Shown: piece after piece, positions 36,771 through 46,522 of the stretch
How the letters are laid out: the number at the start of each line of letters is the position of its first letter
How positions within the stretch are numbered: the stretch's first letter is position 1
Source: Clostridiales bacterium
GTDB lineage: Bacteria > Bacillota > Clostridia > Oscillospirales > CAG-272
NCBI GenBank assembly: GCA_012727435.1
Contig: JAAYHB010000011.1
Location: 3,010 to 67,009, forward strand
Direction: 5' to 3'
DNA length: 64,000 nucleotides
The notes under the pieces: generated by a model
Database searches by the model: none
Seen by the model: the letters and a program-made list of their open reading frames with translations, nothing else
What the model was told of the DNA's origin: nothing
Program-made: the position numbers and the translations under genes

Positions 36771-39005
36771 ATGTATAAATCCAAGTCTGTCTCGGTTGTC
36801 TGCGCCACCCTGTTTGTCGGGGTGCTCCTGTCCTGCGCCGTATATTTCGGAATAACCGCGATTATGCAGCGGGGGGACAAGGCTGACGGTATCTCGCGGG
36901 CAGAGGGCATAACCTTTTCGGTATTTTCTGATTCCTTTTATGACAACGCAAACCTGAAAAACTTCATCGGCAGGTGCGAGTACCTGCTTTTCGGCAGTCT
37001 GGGCAGTCCCGACATAATTCTCGGCAAGGACGGCTTTTTGTTTGACGCCGGAACCGAGGAGAACGGGTACAATTACCTTGAGGACTATCTCGGCCTCGGC
37101 CGGTTTTACGAGCTTGAGGCGCTGGCAAACACCATAAACATGAGATACCTCGCCTACAAAAATCAGGGGACCGACTACCTGCTTGTAGTGATACCCAACG
37201 CCCAGACGGTGTACTCTGACTATATGCCTTCTTACATCGGGCCGATGAGCGGCAGCACCAACCTGAGCCTTCTCACGGCGTATCTCAGTGACCGCGGTTA
37301 TGACTTTTTCTTAAATGCCGCGGGCGCGCTTGCTGCCGCCCGGCAGACCGACATGCGGGCGCCGCTCTACAACAATACCGAAAACTCGCTCAACTCGCTG
37401 GGCATGGGTTACCTTTTCACGGCGGTCTGCGAAAAGCTGAAAACTCTCTACGGGGTGGAGTGCAGTTATGTCGATGTACGGGCGATGGGGCTTTATACCG
37501 GCCTTACCGACGGTAAGACGCTTGCCCGCCGGGCAGGGCTTGAGTCGATAATTAAAAACAGGACGGTATCTCTCTGGGGCAGTGAGGCCGCAGGGTATTC
37601 AAGCGAGAATTATTACGGCAGCATGACAAGGACCCGACTGGATGAAAAACGGGTTACAGAGGCAAACGACAAGACCTTCTTGCTCGAATTTACCGACGAG
37701 TGGGACAAAATCCAGCTCATGTCCTTCTTCTCCAACACCTTCGGCGAGGTGATATACAAGTCAAACCAGCAGTACAGCAGCATAATTGTCAGGGACCTGC
37801 AGCCCGATATCGTAGTTCAGTTCATTCACGAGTATGAGCTCTACAACCTCATCGACTCCAATGTCACCCAGACCTACAACGCCGGGCTGCGGCTCGACAT
37901 AAATCCCCACGAAACTTCAAAGCCTATCTGCGTGGCCCAGATTGAGACCTCCGAGGGCAGGTTCTGCATTGCCGGGCAGACCGAGAACAACGCAAAGATA
38001 ACGATATCCGGCGACAATATCGTAACTGTCAGCCAGAATGCCGTCGGAAACCTGTTCTTTATTGAGGTTGACATCGGCGAGAGCCTCACCGAAACGGTGA
38101 AAATCACCGCGACGGTTGAGGGGAAAACCCCAAGCGAACCGGTCTACCTCAGGCTCAGCCGCAGCGGCGACGTGAAGCCGAGGACGGTTGCGGTAGGGAA
38201 AAATTCGGAGCTCTATTCCTCTGATTATTCATGGCTGAACTTTCTCTCCGAGACACAGCTTGAGGCGCTGCGTGCCGGGCTTGAAGAGAGGATTGCCAAA
38301 GCAAGGGAGCTCAGCGGGAAGGACACCGAGTTTATATATGTCATAGTTCCCGACAAACTGGCGGTCTACCCCGATAACGCGCCCGACTCGCTTCTTGAGG
38401 TCAGAGAGTCGGTCGAGAGATATAAGGCAATGGCAAAGGGCCTGTATGAGAGCGCCGGGATGACGGTTATCGACCTAACCCGCGGGCTGCAGGACCGCAC
38501 TGTGCTCGGCCGGCTTTTCTATCAGACCGATACCCTCTGGACCGATTTCGGCGCCTATATCGGATACAACTCGCTGGCAAGCAGAATTGCTGAGAAATTT
38601 ACGGATGTGAAGGTCATAAACCCGAACAGCTTCGGATACACAACCAAGGAAACCATCGGGGGCGAGCTGGTGAGCAGGCTGGGCATCGACGGGGCGGTTA
38701 TCAGCGAGTCATACCTTGAGATGACGCCAAGTCCTGAAATATATAAGGGTGTACAATACGCCTACAGCGGCGAGGGTGGCTTTGACATCAAGCGGGCCTT
38801 CATCACCTACGGCAGCGACAGCTCGCTCCCGGTGGCGGTGATAATGCGCGATGCCTACGGGACCGAGATGCTCGAGAATCTTGCGATGCACTTCAGCAAA
38901 ATGATAGTTCTTGCCGAGGGGCAGTTCAGCGTCGGCGACGAGCTGATAGCCGGGCAAAAACCCGATTATATAATCACCATACGCTGCAACGGCGAGCTAT
39001 CATAA
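36771..39005 (+). CDS. Membrane-anchored protein with two AlgJ/AlgX-like SGNH domains lacking catalytic residues
   Basis: AAGGAGG RBS; N-terminal TM helix; GKDGFLF, IPNAQTVY, TENSL (domain 1); VPDKLAVYP, TDTLW, RDAY (domain 2). Confidence 0.8.
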   Translation: MYKSKSVSVVCATLFVGVLLSCAVYFGITAIMQRGDKADGISRAEGITFSVFSDSFYDNANLKNFIGRCEYLLFGSLGSPDIILGKDGFLFDAGTEENGYNYLEDYLGLGRFYELEALANTINMRYLAYKNQGTDYLLVVIPNAQTVYSDYMPSYIGPMSGSTNLSLLTAYLSDRGYDFFLNAAGALAAARQTDMRAPLYNNTENSLNSLGMGYLFTAVCEKLKTLYGVECSYVDVRAMGLYTGLTDGKTLARRAGLESIIKNRTVSLWGSEAAGYSSENYYGSMTRTRLDEKRVTEANDKTFLLEFTDEWDKIQLMSFFSNTFGEVIYKSNQQYSSIIVRDLQPDIVVQFIHEYELYNLIDSNVTQTYNAGLRLDINPHETSKPICVAQIETSEGRFCIAGQTENNAKITISGDNIVTVSQNAVGNLFFIEVDIGESLTETVKITATVEGKTPSEPVYLRLSRSGDVKPRTVAVGKNSELYSSDYSWLNFLSETQLEALRAGLEERIAKARELSGKDTEFIYVIVPDKLAVYPDNAPDSLLEVRESVERYKAMAKGLYESAGMTVIDLTRGLQDRTVLGRLFYQTDTLWTDFGAYIGYNSLASRIAEKFTDVKVINPNSFGYTTKETIGGELVSRLGIDGAVISESYLEMTPSPEIYKGVQYAYSGEGGFDIKRAFITYGSDSSLPVAVIMRDAYGTEMLENLAMHFSKMIVLAEGQFSVGDELIAGQKPDYIITIRCNGELS

Positions 39006-39007
39006 AA

Positions 39008-39060
39008 AAGCGGGGCAATATGCCCCGAAAGCAAAAGGGCGGAGTTATCCGTCCTTTCCT
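39008..39060. terminator. Twin hairpins between convergent genes
   Basis: CGGGGCA-ATA-TGCCCCG and AAAGGGCGGA-GTTA-TCCGTCCTTT. Confidence 0.6.
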
Positions 39061-39080
39061 GCTTTATGGCTTGCCCGACA

Positions 39081-39404
39081 TCAGAGACCGAGGGCGCCAA
39101 GAAGACTTGCCTTGTCGCGGTATCCCACCGACTTTGCTGTTGGCTGGCCGCCTTTGAAGAGAATCACGGTGGGGATACTGTAAACCGCGTATTTGTTGGC
39201 AAGCTCGGGCTCGTTGTCGACATTGACCTTGCCGACCTTGATATCGCTGCGCTCTGCGGCGATTTCCTCAATTATCGGTCCCAGCATGCGGCAGGGTCCG
39301 CACCAGGGTGCCCAGAAGTCGACCAGCACCGGCTTATCCGAATTTATCACCTCGGCCTCGAAATTAGCGTTTGTTATTGTCAGTTCTGTTTTTGTTCCTT
39401 CCAT
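39081..39404 (-). CDS. trxA: Thioredoxin (an in-frame ATG near 39563 could add about 53 aa)
   Basis: VLVDFWAPWCGPC, SIPT motifs; AAAGGA upstream of ATG 39404. Confidence 0.92.
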   Translation of the reverse strand: MEGTKTELTITNANFEAEVINSDKPVLVDFWAPWCGPCRMLGPIIEEIAAERSDIKVGKVNVDNEPELANKYAVYSIPTVILFKGGQPTAKSVGYRDKASLLGALGL

Positions 39405-39555
39405 TTCATTTACATCCTTTTCTTTTATTTGGCTTTCTTTGGCATCTGTCAGGGTTCCGGGTTTATTCCCGTCGCCCGTACCGCTGTCATTGCGGCTGCC
39501 CATTCCCAAGAGCCGCAGGACCCCGGCAAGCAATTCTGATATTCTGCCCATGTCA

Positions 39556-39756
39556 TCATTCATTGTATTTGTAGTACAGCATGCAGTGGCAGAAACCCTC
39601 AAACTCGGGGTCGGCCATCTGCTCGCGGAATTCGCGGCATATGCACTTTGTGTCCTCGGTCCGCTCCCTCCTGCAGGGGCAGTAGCCGCCGGTGCGCTTA
39701 AGCCCCTCCCGCACAACCCGCACAATGTCCTTATTTTCGTTGAGTTTAATCGGCAT
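39556..39756 (-). CDS. Ferredoxin:thioredoxin reductase catalytic-subunit-like protein
   Basis: GYCPC...KCIC...CHCMLY cysteine pattern; AAAGGAG RBS. Confidence 0.85.
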   Translation of the reverse strand: MPIKLNENKDIVRVVREGLKRTGGYCPCRRERTEDTKCICREFREQMADPEFEGFCHCMLYYKYNE

Positions 39757-39902
39757 AGTATGGGCTCCTTTCATGTATTATTGCCGCGCCGGGCTCTCCC
39801 GATGCGCGCCGCAGGCACGGCACGGCAGCTGCCCGCCTCTTTTTACTAATTTATGCGCTGTCGGGCTGATTGTATCCTGATTTCCGTATGTATCAAAGCT
39901 GC

Positions 39903-40718
39903 TCAGGCACATATTACGGTAATTCCCGCGTTGCGCAGGCGCGAGGCGACCTCAGCGGGTATTGCCGTGTCGGTGACAATGCAGTTTATGCTTGTTATCG
40001 GCGAGATGCTGACCTGAGGGGTTTTCCCCAGCTTAGAGGAATCTACAAGCAGGATTTTCTGTGCGGAATTTTTGATGGCAAGCTGGTTTATCCGGGCGGT
40101 GCTGAAATCGGCGGCAAGTATTCCGTCCTCTTCACTGAAACCGTCTGCCCCGATAAAGCATTTTGTAAACCTCAGACTGCGCAGCACCTCTTCGGCCATG
40201 TACCCGTAAAAATCGCGCTTGGTTTCGCGGTATTCCCCGCCGATAAGGTGAATTTTCATATGGTTTTTCAGCATTTCAAAGTTGGCGAGCGAATGTGTGA
40301 ATACCGTGATGCCCGAGTATTTTTGGCTAAGCTCGTCGTACAGCCGGGAGGAGGCGTCGCGTGCCTCGGTTATCATCCGGTCGATCTCGACCGCAAGTGC
40401 CATAACCGTGGTACCCGAGTCGAGGAAAATAATGTCCCCCGGTTTGATAAGCTGTTCCGCGGCATGGCCGATGCGCACTTTTTCGTCGGGATTTTTGAAC
40501 CTCTTGGGTTCAAAATAGCCGCCGGCCAAAAGCGAATCGTTGTAGCATATCCCGCCGTACACCCGGATTGCCAGACCCTCGTTTTCAAGCTGGGCGAAAA
40601 GCCGCCGGACGGTCGACTCCGACACGTCAAGGACCTCCATCGCCTTTGAGATCGTCAGCCTTTTGGCGGTGCGCAGCATCTGCAGGACCGTTTGTTTTCT
40701 CAGCTCGCTGTGCTTCAT
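39903..40718 (-). CDS. DeoR/GlpR-family transcriptional regulator
   Basis: VSESTVRR HTH, FLDSGTT, VDSSK motifs. Confidence 0.92.
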   Translation of the reverse strand: MKHSELRKQTVLQMLRTAKRLTISKAMEVLDVSESTVRRLFAQLENEGLAIRVYGGICYNDSLLAGGYFEPKRFKNPDEKVRIGHAAEQLIKPGDIIFLDSGTTVMALAVEIDRMITEARDASSRLYDELSQKYSGITVFTHSLANFEMLKNHMKIHLIGGEYRETKRDFYGYMAEEVLRSLRFTKCFIGADGFSEEDGILAADFSTARINQLAIKNSAQKILLVDSSKLGKTPQVSISPITSINCIVTDTAIPAEVASRLRNAGITVICA

Positions 40719-40975
40719 GGCGGTGAATCGTCCTTTTTATAAACTCCGTGGCATAAACCGGTCAAAAAATCCGCTTTGTCTGATTGTATTATAACACCTG
40801 CCTTGCGGGATGTCAATATAATCATAATCGTGGCGGGGTCGCAGATTTTTCAGGCAAAATTTAATGAAACACCGGCAAAATTTCTGTTTTTGTGATAAAA
40901 GTACGGAACATAAAAGCCGGAATGTGATAGAATTCTATTATAAACAGCATGTTTCGGGGCCGGAGGTGTGGCAGG

Positions 40976-43255
40976 GTGAAGAAAATAAGGTATAGTGTTG
41001 AGGGTATGAGCTGTGCTTCCTGCGTGGCTCATGTCGAGCGCGCCGCCGGGCGGGTTCTGGGCAGGGAAAACGTCACTGTGAGCCTTCTGACAAACACGCT
41101 TACGGTTACCGTCCCCGACGACGCCAGAGAGGACAAGCTGTTCGGCTCGCTCAGCCGCGCCATAAAGGCCGCCGGCTACTCAATCAAAAGGATTGACGAG
41201 GCCGGTCCCCCCGAGACTAAAACCGGCCAGCGGGGGCTGTACTGGTCGGCTGCACTGACGGCGCTTCTCATGTATGTTTCAATGGGGAGCATGATTGGCC
41301 TGCCGGTCCCGGAAGTATTTGAGCAGCCGCTTATCTTTGCGGCAGTCCAGCTTGCCCTCACCGTCCCGGTACTGATAATTAATTTCCATTTCTTCAGGGA
41401 CAGCTTTGCCGCGCTCGCAAGGCTTGCCCCCAATATGGACTCGCTGATAGCCCTCGGCTCGGGCGCCGCTCTTGTCTTTGGGCTGTATGCCGTGATTGTA
41501 ATCGCATACGGCAGCGCTACAGGCGACCATGAGCTGGTGCATACCCACTCTCATGATTTGTATTTTGAATCCGCGGCGGCAATACTGACGCTGGTGACCC
41601 TCGGCAAGACGCTTGAAGGGCGCGCAAAGGACCGCGCCGCCGGGGCGGTGAGAAAGCTCGCCGGAATGATGCCCGAGCGCGCGCTTGTCGAGCGCGACGG
41701 TGTCGAGGTGACTGTCCCGGTGTCGGACATCGCCGTCGGCGATATTGTCATCGTGCGCGAGGGCGACACGATACCGGTTGACGGCAGGATTGTGTCGGGG
41801 AGCGGCTCGGTCAACGAGTCGGCACTCACCGGCGAGAGCCTGCCGGTTGAGAAGGGTGAGGGCGAACGGGTCAGCGCGGTGACCGTTCTTGTCGGGGGAT
41901 ATCTTAAGATAGAGGCCGAGAGGGTAGGCCGTGAGACATCTCTCTACCGGATAATCGGCCTGCTTGAGGAGGCCGCCGCCTCGCGGGCGCCGATAGCAAG
42001 GCTGGCCGACAAGGTAAGCGCTGTTTTCGTGCCGGTAGTCATCGGGATTGCCGCGGTGACCGCGGCGGGCTGGCTTCTGGCGGGAGCAGGCGCCGGACAG
42101 GCGCTCCGCTCGGCGGTGTCGGTGCTGGTTATATCCTGCCCCTGCGCGCTCGGACTTGCCACGCCGATCGCCATCATGGTTGGCACCGGGCGGGGGGCCG
42201 AGCTGGGTATTCTGATAAAGAGCGCCGAGGCGCTTGAGAAACTCCATTCGGTAAAATACTTTTTCACCGACAAGACCGGAACGCTGACCGAGGGCCGGCC
42301 CGAGGTCACCGATATCATTCCTTTCGGCACGACAGAGGAGGAGGTTTTGAGGTGGGCATATGCCGCCGAGGCGCTCTCCTCCCACCCGCTGGCCGGTGCG
42401 ATCTGCCGCGAGGCTGAAAACAGGATAATCGAGCGCCCAGACGCCGGAGACTATCAGGCAGCCCGCGGGAAGGGAATCAGCGTAAATACCGTGCTCGGAC
42501 GGGTCTATGTCGGCAAGCCCGGATATCTTGCCGAAAACGGCCTTGCCGATATCGGCGGCGAGGTTGCGGCCCGGGTGGAGGAGCTTGAGAGCAAGGGCAA
42601 AACCGCGGTCTGCGTAGCCCTTGGCAATAAGACCATCGGGGTTATCGGAATTGCCGACAGGCTCAGGGACGACAGCGCCGAGGCGGTTTCGGAGTTAAAA
42701 GCACGGGGCATTAAAACCATAATGCTGACAGGCGACAACGAGAGGACCGCCGCGGCGATTGCCGGGATGTGCGGTATAGAGGAGTACTACGCGGGGCTTA
42801 TGCCCGAGGACAAGGAGAGGATAATCCGCGAGCGCTCAAAGCTTGGCATCACCGCCATGGCGGGGGACGGAATCAACGACTCCCCGGCGCTGGCCGCGGC
42901 GGATGTCGGTATTGCGGTAGGAGCCGGGACCGAGGTCGCCATTGACTGCGCCGACGTGGTGCTCTCCGAAAACTCGCTGTGCGATGCCGTCACGGCGATA
43001 AGCCTTTCGTCAGCGACCATGAGAAACATCCGCGAAAACCTGTTTTGGGCTTTTATCTACAATACGATTTGCATTCCCGTGGCGGCCGGCGCGCTCTACC
43101 CGGCTTTCGGGATTTCACTCTCTCCCATGATAGCGGCGGCGTCTATGAGCTTCTCCTCGCTCTGTGTCGTGCTCAACTCGCTGCGGCTTCGCAGGATGAA
43201 AATTTATACCCGGAAAAATAAGCCGGCAAAACCCGGCAGAAAACGGAGGAAATGA
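40976..43255 (+). CDS. copA: Copper-translocating P1B-type ATPase
   Basis: GMSCASC, TGES, CPCALG, DKTGT, HP, GDGIND, YN, MSFSS motifs; GTG start chosen after GGAGG. Confidence 0.93.
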   Translation: MKKIRYSVEGMSCASCVAHVERAAGRVLGRENVTVSLLTNTLTVTVPDDAREDKLFGSLSRAIKAAGYSIKRIDEAGPPETKTGQRGLYWSAALTALLMYVSMGSMIGLPVPEVFEQPLIFAAVQLALTVPVLIINFHFFRDSFAALARLAPNMDSLIALGSGAALVFGLYAVIVIAYGSATGDHELVHTHSHDLYFESAAAILTLVTLGKTLEGRAKDRAAGAVRKLAGMMPERALVERDGVEVTVPVSDIAVGDIVIVREGDTIPVDGRIVSGSGSVNESALTGESLPVEKGEGERVSAVTVLVGGYLKIEAERVGRETSLYRIIGLLEEAAASRAPIARLADKVSAVFVPVVIGIAAVTAAGWLLAGAGAGQALRSAVSVLVISCPCALGLATPIAIMVGTGRGAELGILIKSAEALEKLHSVKYFFTDKTGTLTEGRPEVTDIIPFGTTEEEVLRWAYAAEALSSHPLAGAICREAENRIIERPDAGDYQAARGKGISVNTVLGRVYVGKPGYLAENGLADIGGEVAARVEELESKGKTAVCVALGNKTIGVIGIADRLRDDSAEAVSELKARGIKTIMLTGDNERTAAAIAGMCGIEEYYAGLMPEDKERIIRERSKLGITAMAGDGINDSPALAAADVGIAVGAGTEVAIDCADVVLSENSLCDAVTAISLSSATMRNIRENLFWAFIYNTICIPVAAGALYPAFGISLSPMIAAASMSFSSLCVVLNSLRLRRMKIYTRKNKPAKPGRKRRK

Positions 43256-43473
43256 ATATGTTCGGCAAAACTGTTGAGTTTGAATTTGCGGTGGGCGGCA
43301 TGAGCTGCGCGCACTGCAAGGCGGCCGTCGAGCGGGCGCTGCGCTCGGTCAAGGGTGTGAAGTCGGCCGTGGCCGACCTTGAGAGCGGCTCGGTGAAGGT
43401 GACGGCAAAGGCGGGCATTGACCACGAGAGCCTCAAGCAGGCTGTAAGAGACGCGGGGTATGATGTGAATTGA
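43252..43473 (+). CDS. copZ: Heavy-metal-associated domain copper chaperone
   Basis: GMSCAHC; own GGAGG RBS. Confidence 0.85.
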   Translation: MNMFGKTVEFEFAVGGMSCAHCKAAVERALRSVKGVKSAVADLESGSVKVTAKAGIDHESLKQAVRDAGYDVN

Positions 43474-43501
43474 AAAAATATTTGAAAAAGGAGTGACAGG
43501 A

Positions 43502-43690
43502 ATGAAAGCGACCATTGAACGTGAGGGCTGCATTGCCTGCGGGCTGTGCACCGAGCTTTGCCCCGAGGTTTTCCGCATGGCCGACGACGGGCTGGCCGAG
43601 GTTTATACCGACCCGGTGCCGGCAGAGGCCGAGGATACCGCGCGAGAGGCAGAGGAAAGCTGTCCGGTTTCGGTTATCAAGGTGGAATAA
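43502..43690 (+). CDS. Single-cluster [4Fe-4S] ferredoxin
   Basis: CIACGLC...CP...SCPV; AAGGAG RBS. Confidence 0.9.
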   Translation: MKATIEREGCIACGLCTELCPEVFRMADDGLAEVYTDPVPAEAEDTAREAEESCPVSVIKVE

Positions 43691-43700
43691 CAAATAAAAC

Positions 43701-43732
43701 AGAGGAACATCGCCGGTGTTCCTCTTTTCTTT
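43701..43732 (+). terminator. Intrinsic terminator
   Basis: AGAGGAACA-TCGCCGG-TGTTCCTCT followed by TTTCTTT. Confidence 0.8.
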
Positions 43733-43847
43733 AGTAATGCCTGTCGGCTTGTGCCCTGCTTGCGGTACTCAAGCGGGGTCGGGTAAACAATCTGCACGAA
43801 ATGTAACATTCGGGTAGCCGGCGATCCGGAATATTTGCATAATGGTA

Positions 43848-43877
43848 TTGACAAGTTATACTTGCGGTGACTATAAT
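43848..43877 (+). promoter_or_regulatory. sigmaA promoter
   Basis: TTGACA-18-TATAAT upstream of the solute-binding protein gene. Confidence 0.65.
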
Positions 43878-44044
43878 ATACACAAGGACAAAACCTTTAT
43901 AATTTGCAGCAGTGCAAGATATATATTATTATTCCGGGTTATGGCAGAACCGTAATATAAACCACGCCGGGTACATAAACGGCAGAAAATATTGTTGCGC
44001 GTGGTGCATCCGGCTCATTTTAGCTCAGAATGGGGGAGTAGGGC

Positions 44045-45514
44045 ATGAAGAGATTTTTATGCTTTGTTTTTGCAGTGATGCTGCTGTTTACCACTGTAGC
44101 CTGCGTAAACCAGCCCGAGGATGAAAGCGATACCGCCACCACGACTGCCGCACCCGAGAGCACAACCGGACCCGAAGAACCCGAGTTTTTGGCTTTCGAT
44201 ACTGTTGAGCGGGTAGATTATAACGGGTATACCTTCCGCATACTCTACCCTCAAGCCGACCAGTGCTATACAGATTTCTATGCCCCGCAGCTCAACGGCG
44301 CGATAACCAATGACGCTATTTTCGAGCGCAACCTGATGGTTAAGGATGCTTTCGGAATAGAAATCGATATAAAGTGGCAGAGCTACACTCAGGTCAATAC
44401 CGACCTGCAGACACAGGTGACCTCCGGCCTTACCGACTACGACATGTACGGAGGCCACCGGACTTCGCTGGCATTGAGCTACGGCGGGTACCTTTATGAC
44501 TTTTATGACATGAGCGCGATTAACCTTGACGGCGAATGGTGGGACCCGGCCTGGGTAAAAACCATGTCATATGACGGCTCGATTTACACGCTGGTCGGGG
44601 ATATAAGCATATCCAGCCTGCTTTTTGTGTCCTCGCTCTGCTTCAACAAGCAGCTCTTTGACGACTACGGCCTTGAATACCCGTATGAGCTGGTTCGGAA
44701 CAAAAAGTGGACATATGATGTGCTGTACAACATGATAAAGGACTACGGTTCCGACCTCAACGGTGACGGGAAAATGACCTATGACCAGGACAGGTACGGG
44801 ATTGTCGGCTGGGGAACCGAAGCCGGCTACTCACTGTTTTACGCCTCGGGCTTTACCTTTGTTTCAAAAACCCGGGACGACAAGTTTGAAATCAACTTCA
44901 ATACCGAGCGCCTGACTTCGATCATGAACCGGGTGTTTGAAACCTGGACCACCAGCGGTTCATATTTCAACAATTCGGGCAGCGCCGCCGAGCACCCCTA
45001 CCCCTTTTCGGTATTCACAGACAACCGCGCGCTTTTCTGCGACTCTGTGCTCTCAAAGATAGGCACATTCATCGCCGGTATGGAATCTGATTACGGCATT
45101 CTGCCGCAACCGATGTTTGACGAGTTTCAGGAGAATTATTATTCCTACACCGGATACACCATTCCGGTCACAATGGTGCCGGCCAACTGCCCCGATCCCG
45201 ATCGCACCGGCAGGATTATTGAGGCCTTCTGCACCGCTTCGTACGACGAGGTGACCCCCGATATGTACGAGATAGTCACCTCTGTTAAGAACGCGCGCGA
45301 CGCCGAATCGAGCGAGATGATTCAAATTATAATACGCAACAAGTTCTTCGACCCGGCGCACTGGTATGTCTTACAGGGATACGGGACCTTGTCACGCGAT
45401 ATCATAGCAAGCGGGAACAACAACATTACCTCAAGGCTTAAGGCAATTCAAAAGGTGGCGCAGAATAATCTTGACACCATAACAGCTGCTTTTGAGGAGC
45501 TAAAGAAAAAATAA
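44045..45514 (+). CDS. Extracellular solute-binding lipoprotein, paralogue of 28473..29972
   Basis: Lipobox TVAC; NDAIFERN, GEWWD, YGILPQP motifs. Confidence 0.85.
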   Translation: MKRFLCFVFAVMLLFTTVACVNQPEDESDTATTTAAPESTTGPEEPEFLAFDTVERVDYNGYTFRILYPQADQCYTDFYAPQLNGAITNDAIFERNLMVKDAFGIEIDIKWQSYTQVNTDLQTQVTSGLTDYDMYGGHRTSLALSYGGYLYDFYDMSAINLDGEWWDPAWVKTMSYDGSIYTLVGDISISSLLFVSSLCFNKQLFDDYGLEYPYELVRNKKWTYDVLYNMIKDYGSDLNGDGKMTYDQDRYGIVGWGTEAGYSLFYASGFTFVSKTRDDKFEINFNTERLTSIMNRVFETWTTSGSYFNNSGSAAEHPYPFSVFTDNRALFCDSVLSKIGTFIAGMESDYGILPQPMFDEFQENYYSYTGYTIPVTMVPANCPDPDRTGRIIEAFCTASYDEVTPDMYEIVTSVKNARDAESSEMIQIIIRNKFFDPAHWYVLQGYGTLSRDIIASGNNNITSRLKAIQKVAQNNLDTITAAFEELKKK

Positions 45515-45519
45515 AAACA

Positions 45520-45546
45520 AAAGAGGCTCTTCAGATGGGCCTCTTT
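45520..45546 (+). terminator. Terminator hairpin
   Basis: AAAGAGGC ... GCCTCTTT. Confidence 0.6.
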
Positions 45547-45631
45547 GCGAATTTGTCCCGAGGGCTATTGAATATCGCTGCCGGGCATATTATACTAAGC
45601 TCGGAATATCAAACAAGGTGAGTTTTGGCAT

Positions 45632-46492
45632 ATGGCATATGTAAGCACATCGCAAATGCTCAAAGCCGCTCTTGAGGGCGGGTACGCCATCGGCGCGTTC
45701 AATATTGAAAATATGGAGACGGCACTCGCGGTCGTCGCCGCCGCCGAGGAGCTGAAATCTCCGGTAATACTGCAGACCACGCCCTCGACCGTAAAGTATG
45801 CCGGGCTTGATATGTTGCGGGCGATCGGCTTTACGGCGGCAGCCCGCGCCTCGGTTCCGGTGGCGCTGCACCTTGACCACGGGGAGAGCTATGAGCTGGC
45901 CGCCTCGGCAATAGCCGCGGGGTATTCTTCGGTGATGATCGACGGCTCCAAACTGAGCCTCAAGGAGAATATCTCGCTCACCCGCCGCGTGGTGAACGCC
46001 GCCCGGCAGGCGGGAGTGCCGGTTGAGGCCGAGCTGGGGCGGGTAGGCGGCAAGGAGGACGATTATGACGGTGGCGCGGGCGGGTATACCGACCCTGACG
46101 ACGCGGCGGAGTTCGTGCGTGCGACGGGTGTCGGCTCGCTTGCCGTCGGAATCGGCACGGCGCACGGATTTTATAAATCGGCACCACGTCTCGATACGGC
46201 GCGGCTGCGCGAGATAAGAGCGCGGCTGGCATCGGCAGGGCTCCTCTTGCCGCTGGTGCTCCACGGCGCCTCGGGGCTGTCGGATGACGCGATAGTAGAG
46301 TGCATTGCCGGGGGGATATGCAAGGTCAACTTTGCCACAGAGCTGCGCGAGGCCTACACGAAGGGTGTAAGGCAGGTGCTTGCCGACCCGGCGGTATATG
46401 ACCCGAAAAAGTTCGGCAGGGCAGGAATGGAGAAACTCAAAGAAGCGGTTATGGCCAGAATACATATCTGCGGCTCTGCCGGGCGGGCGTAA
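45632..46492 (+). CDS. Class II fructose/tagatose-1,6-bisphosphate aldolase
   Basis: HLDHG, MIDGS, EAELG, GTAHG, LVLHGASG, KVNFAT motifs. Confidence 0.93.
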   Translation: MAYVSTSQMLKAALEGGYAIGAFNIENMETALAVVAAAEELKSPVILQTTPSTVKYAGLDMLRAIGFTAAARASVPVALHLDHGESYELAASAIAAGYSSVMIDGSKLSLKENISLTRRVVNAARQAGVPVEAELGRVGGKEDDYDGGAGGYTDPDDAAEFVRATGVGSLAVGIGTAHGFYKSAPRLDTARLREIRARLASAGLLLPLVLHGASGLSDDAIVECIAGGICKVNFATELREAYTKGVRQVLADPAVYDPKKFGRAGMEKLKEAVMARIHICGSAGRA

Positions 46493-46522
46493 ACCACCGG
46501 GGGAATACTTTAAAGCCGGGGT

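Noticed and set aside
35746-42385. Long antisense ORFs (35746..36714, 39193..39849, 41279..42385; similarly 55428..56240 and 45590..46465)
   Set aside because: They are shadows of well-supported genes in GC-rich DNA, with no motifs or RBS.
43200-43473. copZ as a frameshifted C-terminal domain of CopA
   Set aside because: It has its own GGAGG RBS and overlapping stop/start, consistent with a separate coupled gene.
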